A stretch of DNA of 62,511 nt, filler included, from Basidiobolus ranarum (lineage: Eukaryota), in the NCBI GenBank assembly GCA_040143965.1. It is 40 parts of 40 records of this genome, joined end to end, with 100 filler letters (N's around TTAATTAATTAA, not from the genome) between each part and the next. Parts side by side here need not be neighbours in the genome. Positions count along the whole stretch, not along the records: positions 61,053 to 62,511 come from JASJQH010011996.1; 39 more parts are not named here. One strand, given 5' to 3'. This document shows, in pieces, positions 62,006 to 62,511 of the stretch. The translations under genes were made by a program, and so were the position numbers. Positions within the stretch are counted from its first letter, which is position 1. Each line of letters begins with the position of its first letter. The notes below the pieces were generated by a model, which did no database searches, was not told where the DNA came from, and saw nothing but the letters and a program-made list of their open reading frames with translations.

Positions 62006-62511
62006 CTCTAGCAGAAATTTGAGGATTGTTATCATAGGAAAACCATCACAATTTTAATTCATTTGGGATTGACTGTTTACTTATCATCATAAAATTGTCA
62101 AGTTAGATCTGATTTTAATCAATTTTTTCAGCTTCAGGAGTTAAATTTCAAGACCTTGCAAAATAGTTGCGCATGCTTGGCCAAAATCTCAGAGAACTAT
62201 GGATCAACACATGTGCAAAAAATGTAAGTCAAATTTTACACAATTATTACTTGAACGCTAATTTGTCACTTCAAAATCCCTAGTCTCTTGGATAACTTCT
62301 CCTGAATATTTTTATAGAGTTCTTCATACCCAAGGTTTAGCTCATACCCAACACAAGTTTGTGTCAATATCTCCATCAAAGCCCACCATTGTATTAACAA
62401 TGCTGAATCAACATTCTTCCAGCTATCTGGCGGATACCCTGCAATATTGTGCCACTCTGTATTAAGTTCTTCCCAGATATCTGCACAGTCAACACCAGAC
62501 TGAATGTCAAG
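62006..62511 (-). mobile_element. CACTA right terminus and ORF2 end, inserted in LTR B
   Basis: CTCTAGCAGAAATTTGAGGATTG; reverse complement of 44851-45263. Confidence 0.85.

Overview
This is not one locus. It is 40 small contigs (1472 bp down to 1459 bp, sorted by size) joined by artificial 100-bp linkers (N44-TTAATTAATTAA-N44), so adjacency across linkers means nothing. The DNA is eukaryotic and looks like an early-diverging fungus, inferred from the 53-69 nt GT-AG introns, CE4 deacetylases, GH20 hexosaminidases, proteinase-K subtilisin and UapA-type permease. About three quarters of the contigs are decayed, nested, CpG-depleted transposons: several Ty1/copia families (two with half-tRNA-iMet primer sites), a chromodomain Ty3/gypsy element, and an abundant CCC-ended CACTA/EnSpm (CMC) DNA transposon that can be rebuilt from overlapping fragments. 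The rest are host gene fragments, often spacers between duplicated paralogs, plus two tRNA genes. Best finds: (1) an intron-containing, decayed Fanzor1-like (eukaryotic TnpB homologue) gene at ~6870-7754 that the ORF track mostly misses; (2) a 281-bp solo LTR with a perfect 5-bp TSD and an internal tRNA-like Pol III promoter (Helenus-type); (3) a chromovirus LTR with a Tf1-like self-priming site and a hairpin that could mask its 3' copy; (4) a copia LTR family ending in TA instead of CA. All family calls come from motif recognition by eye, not database searches.
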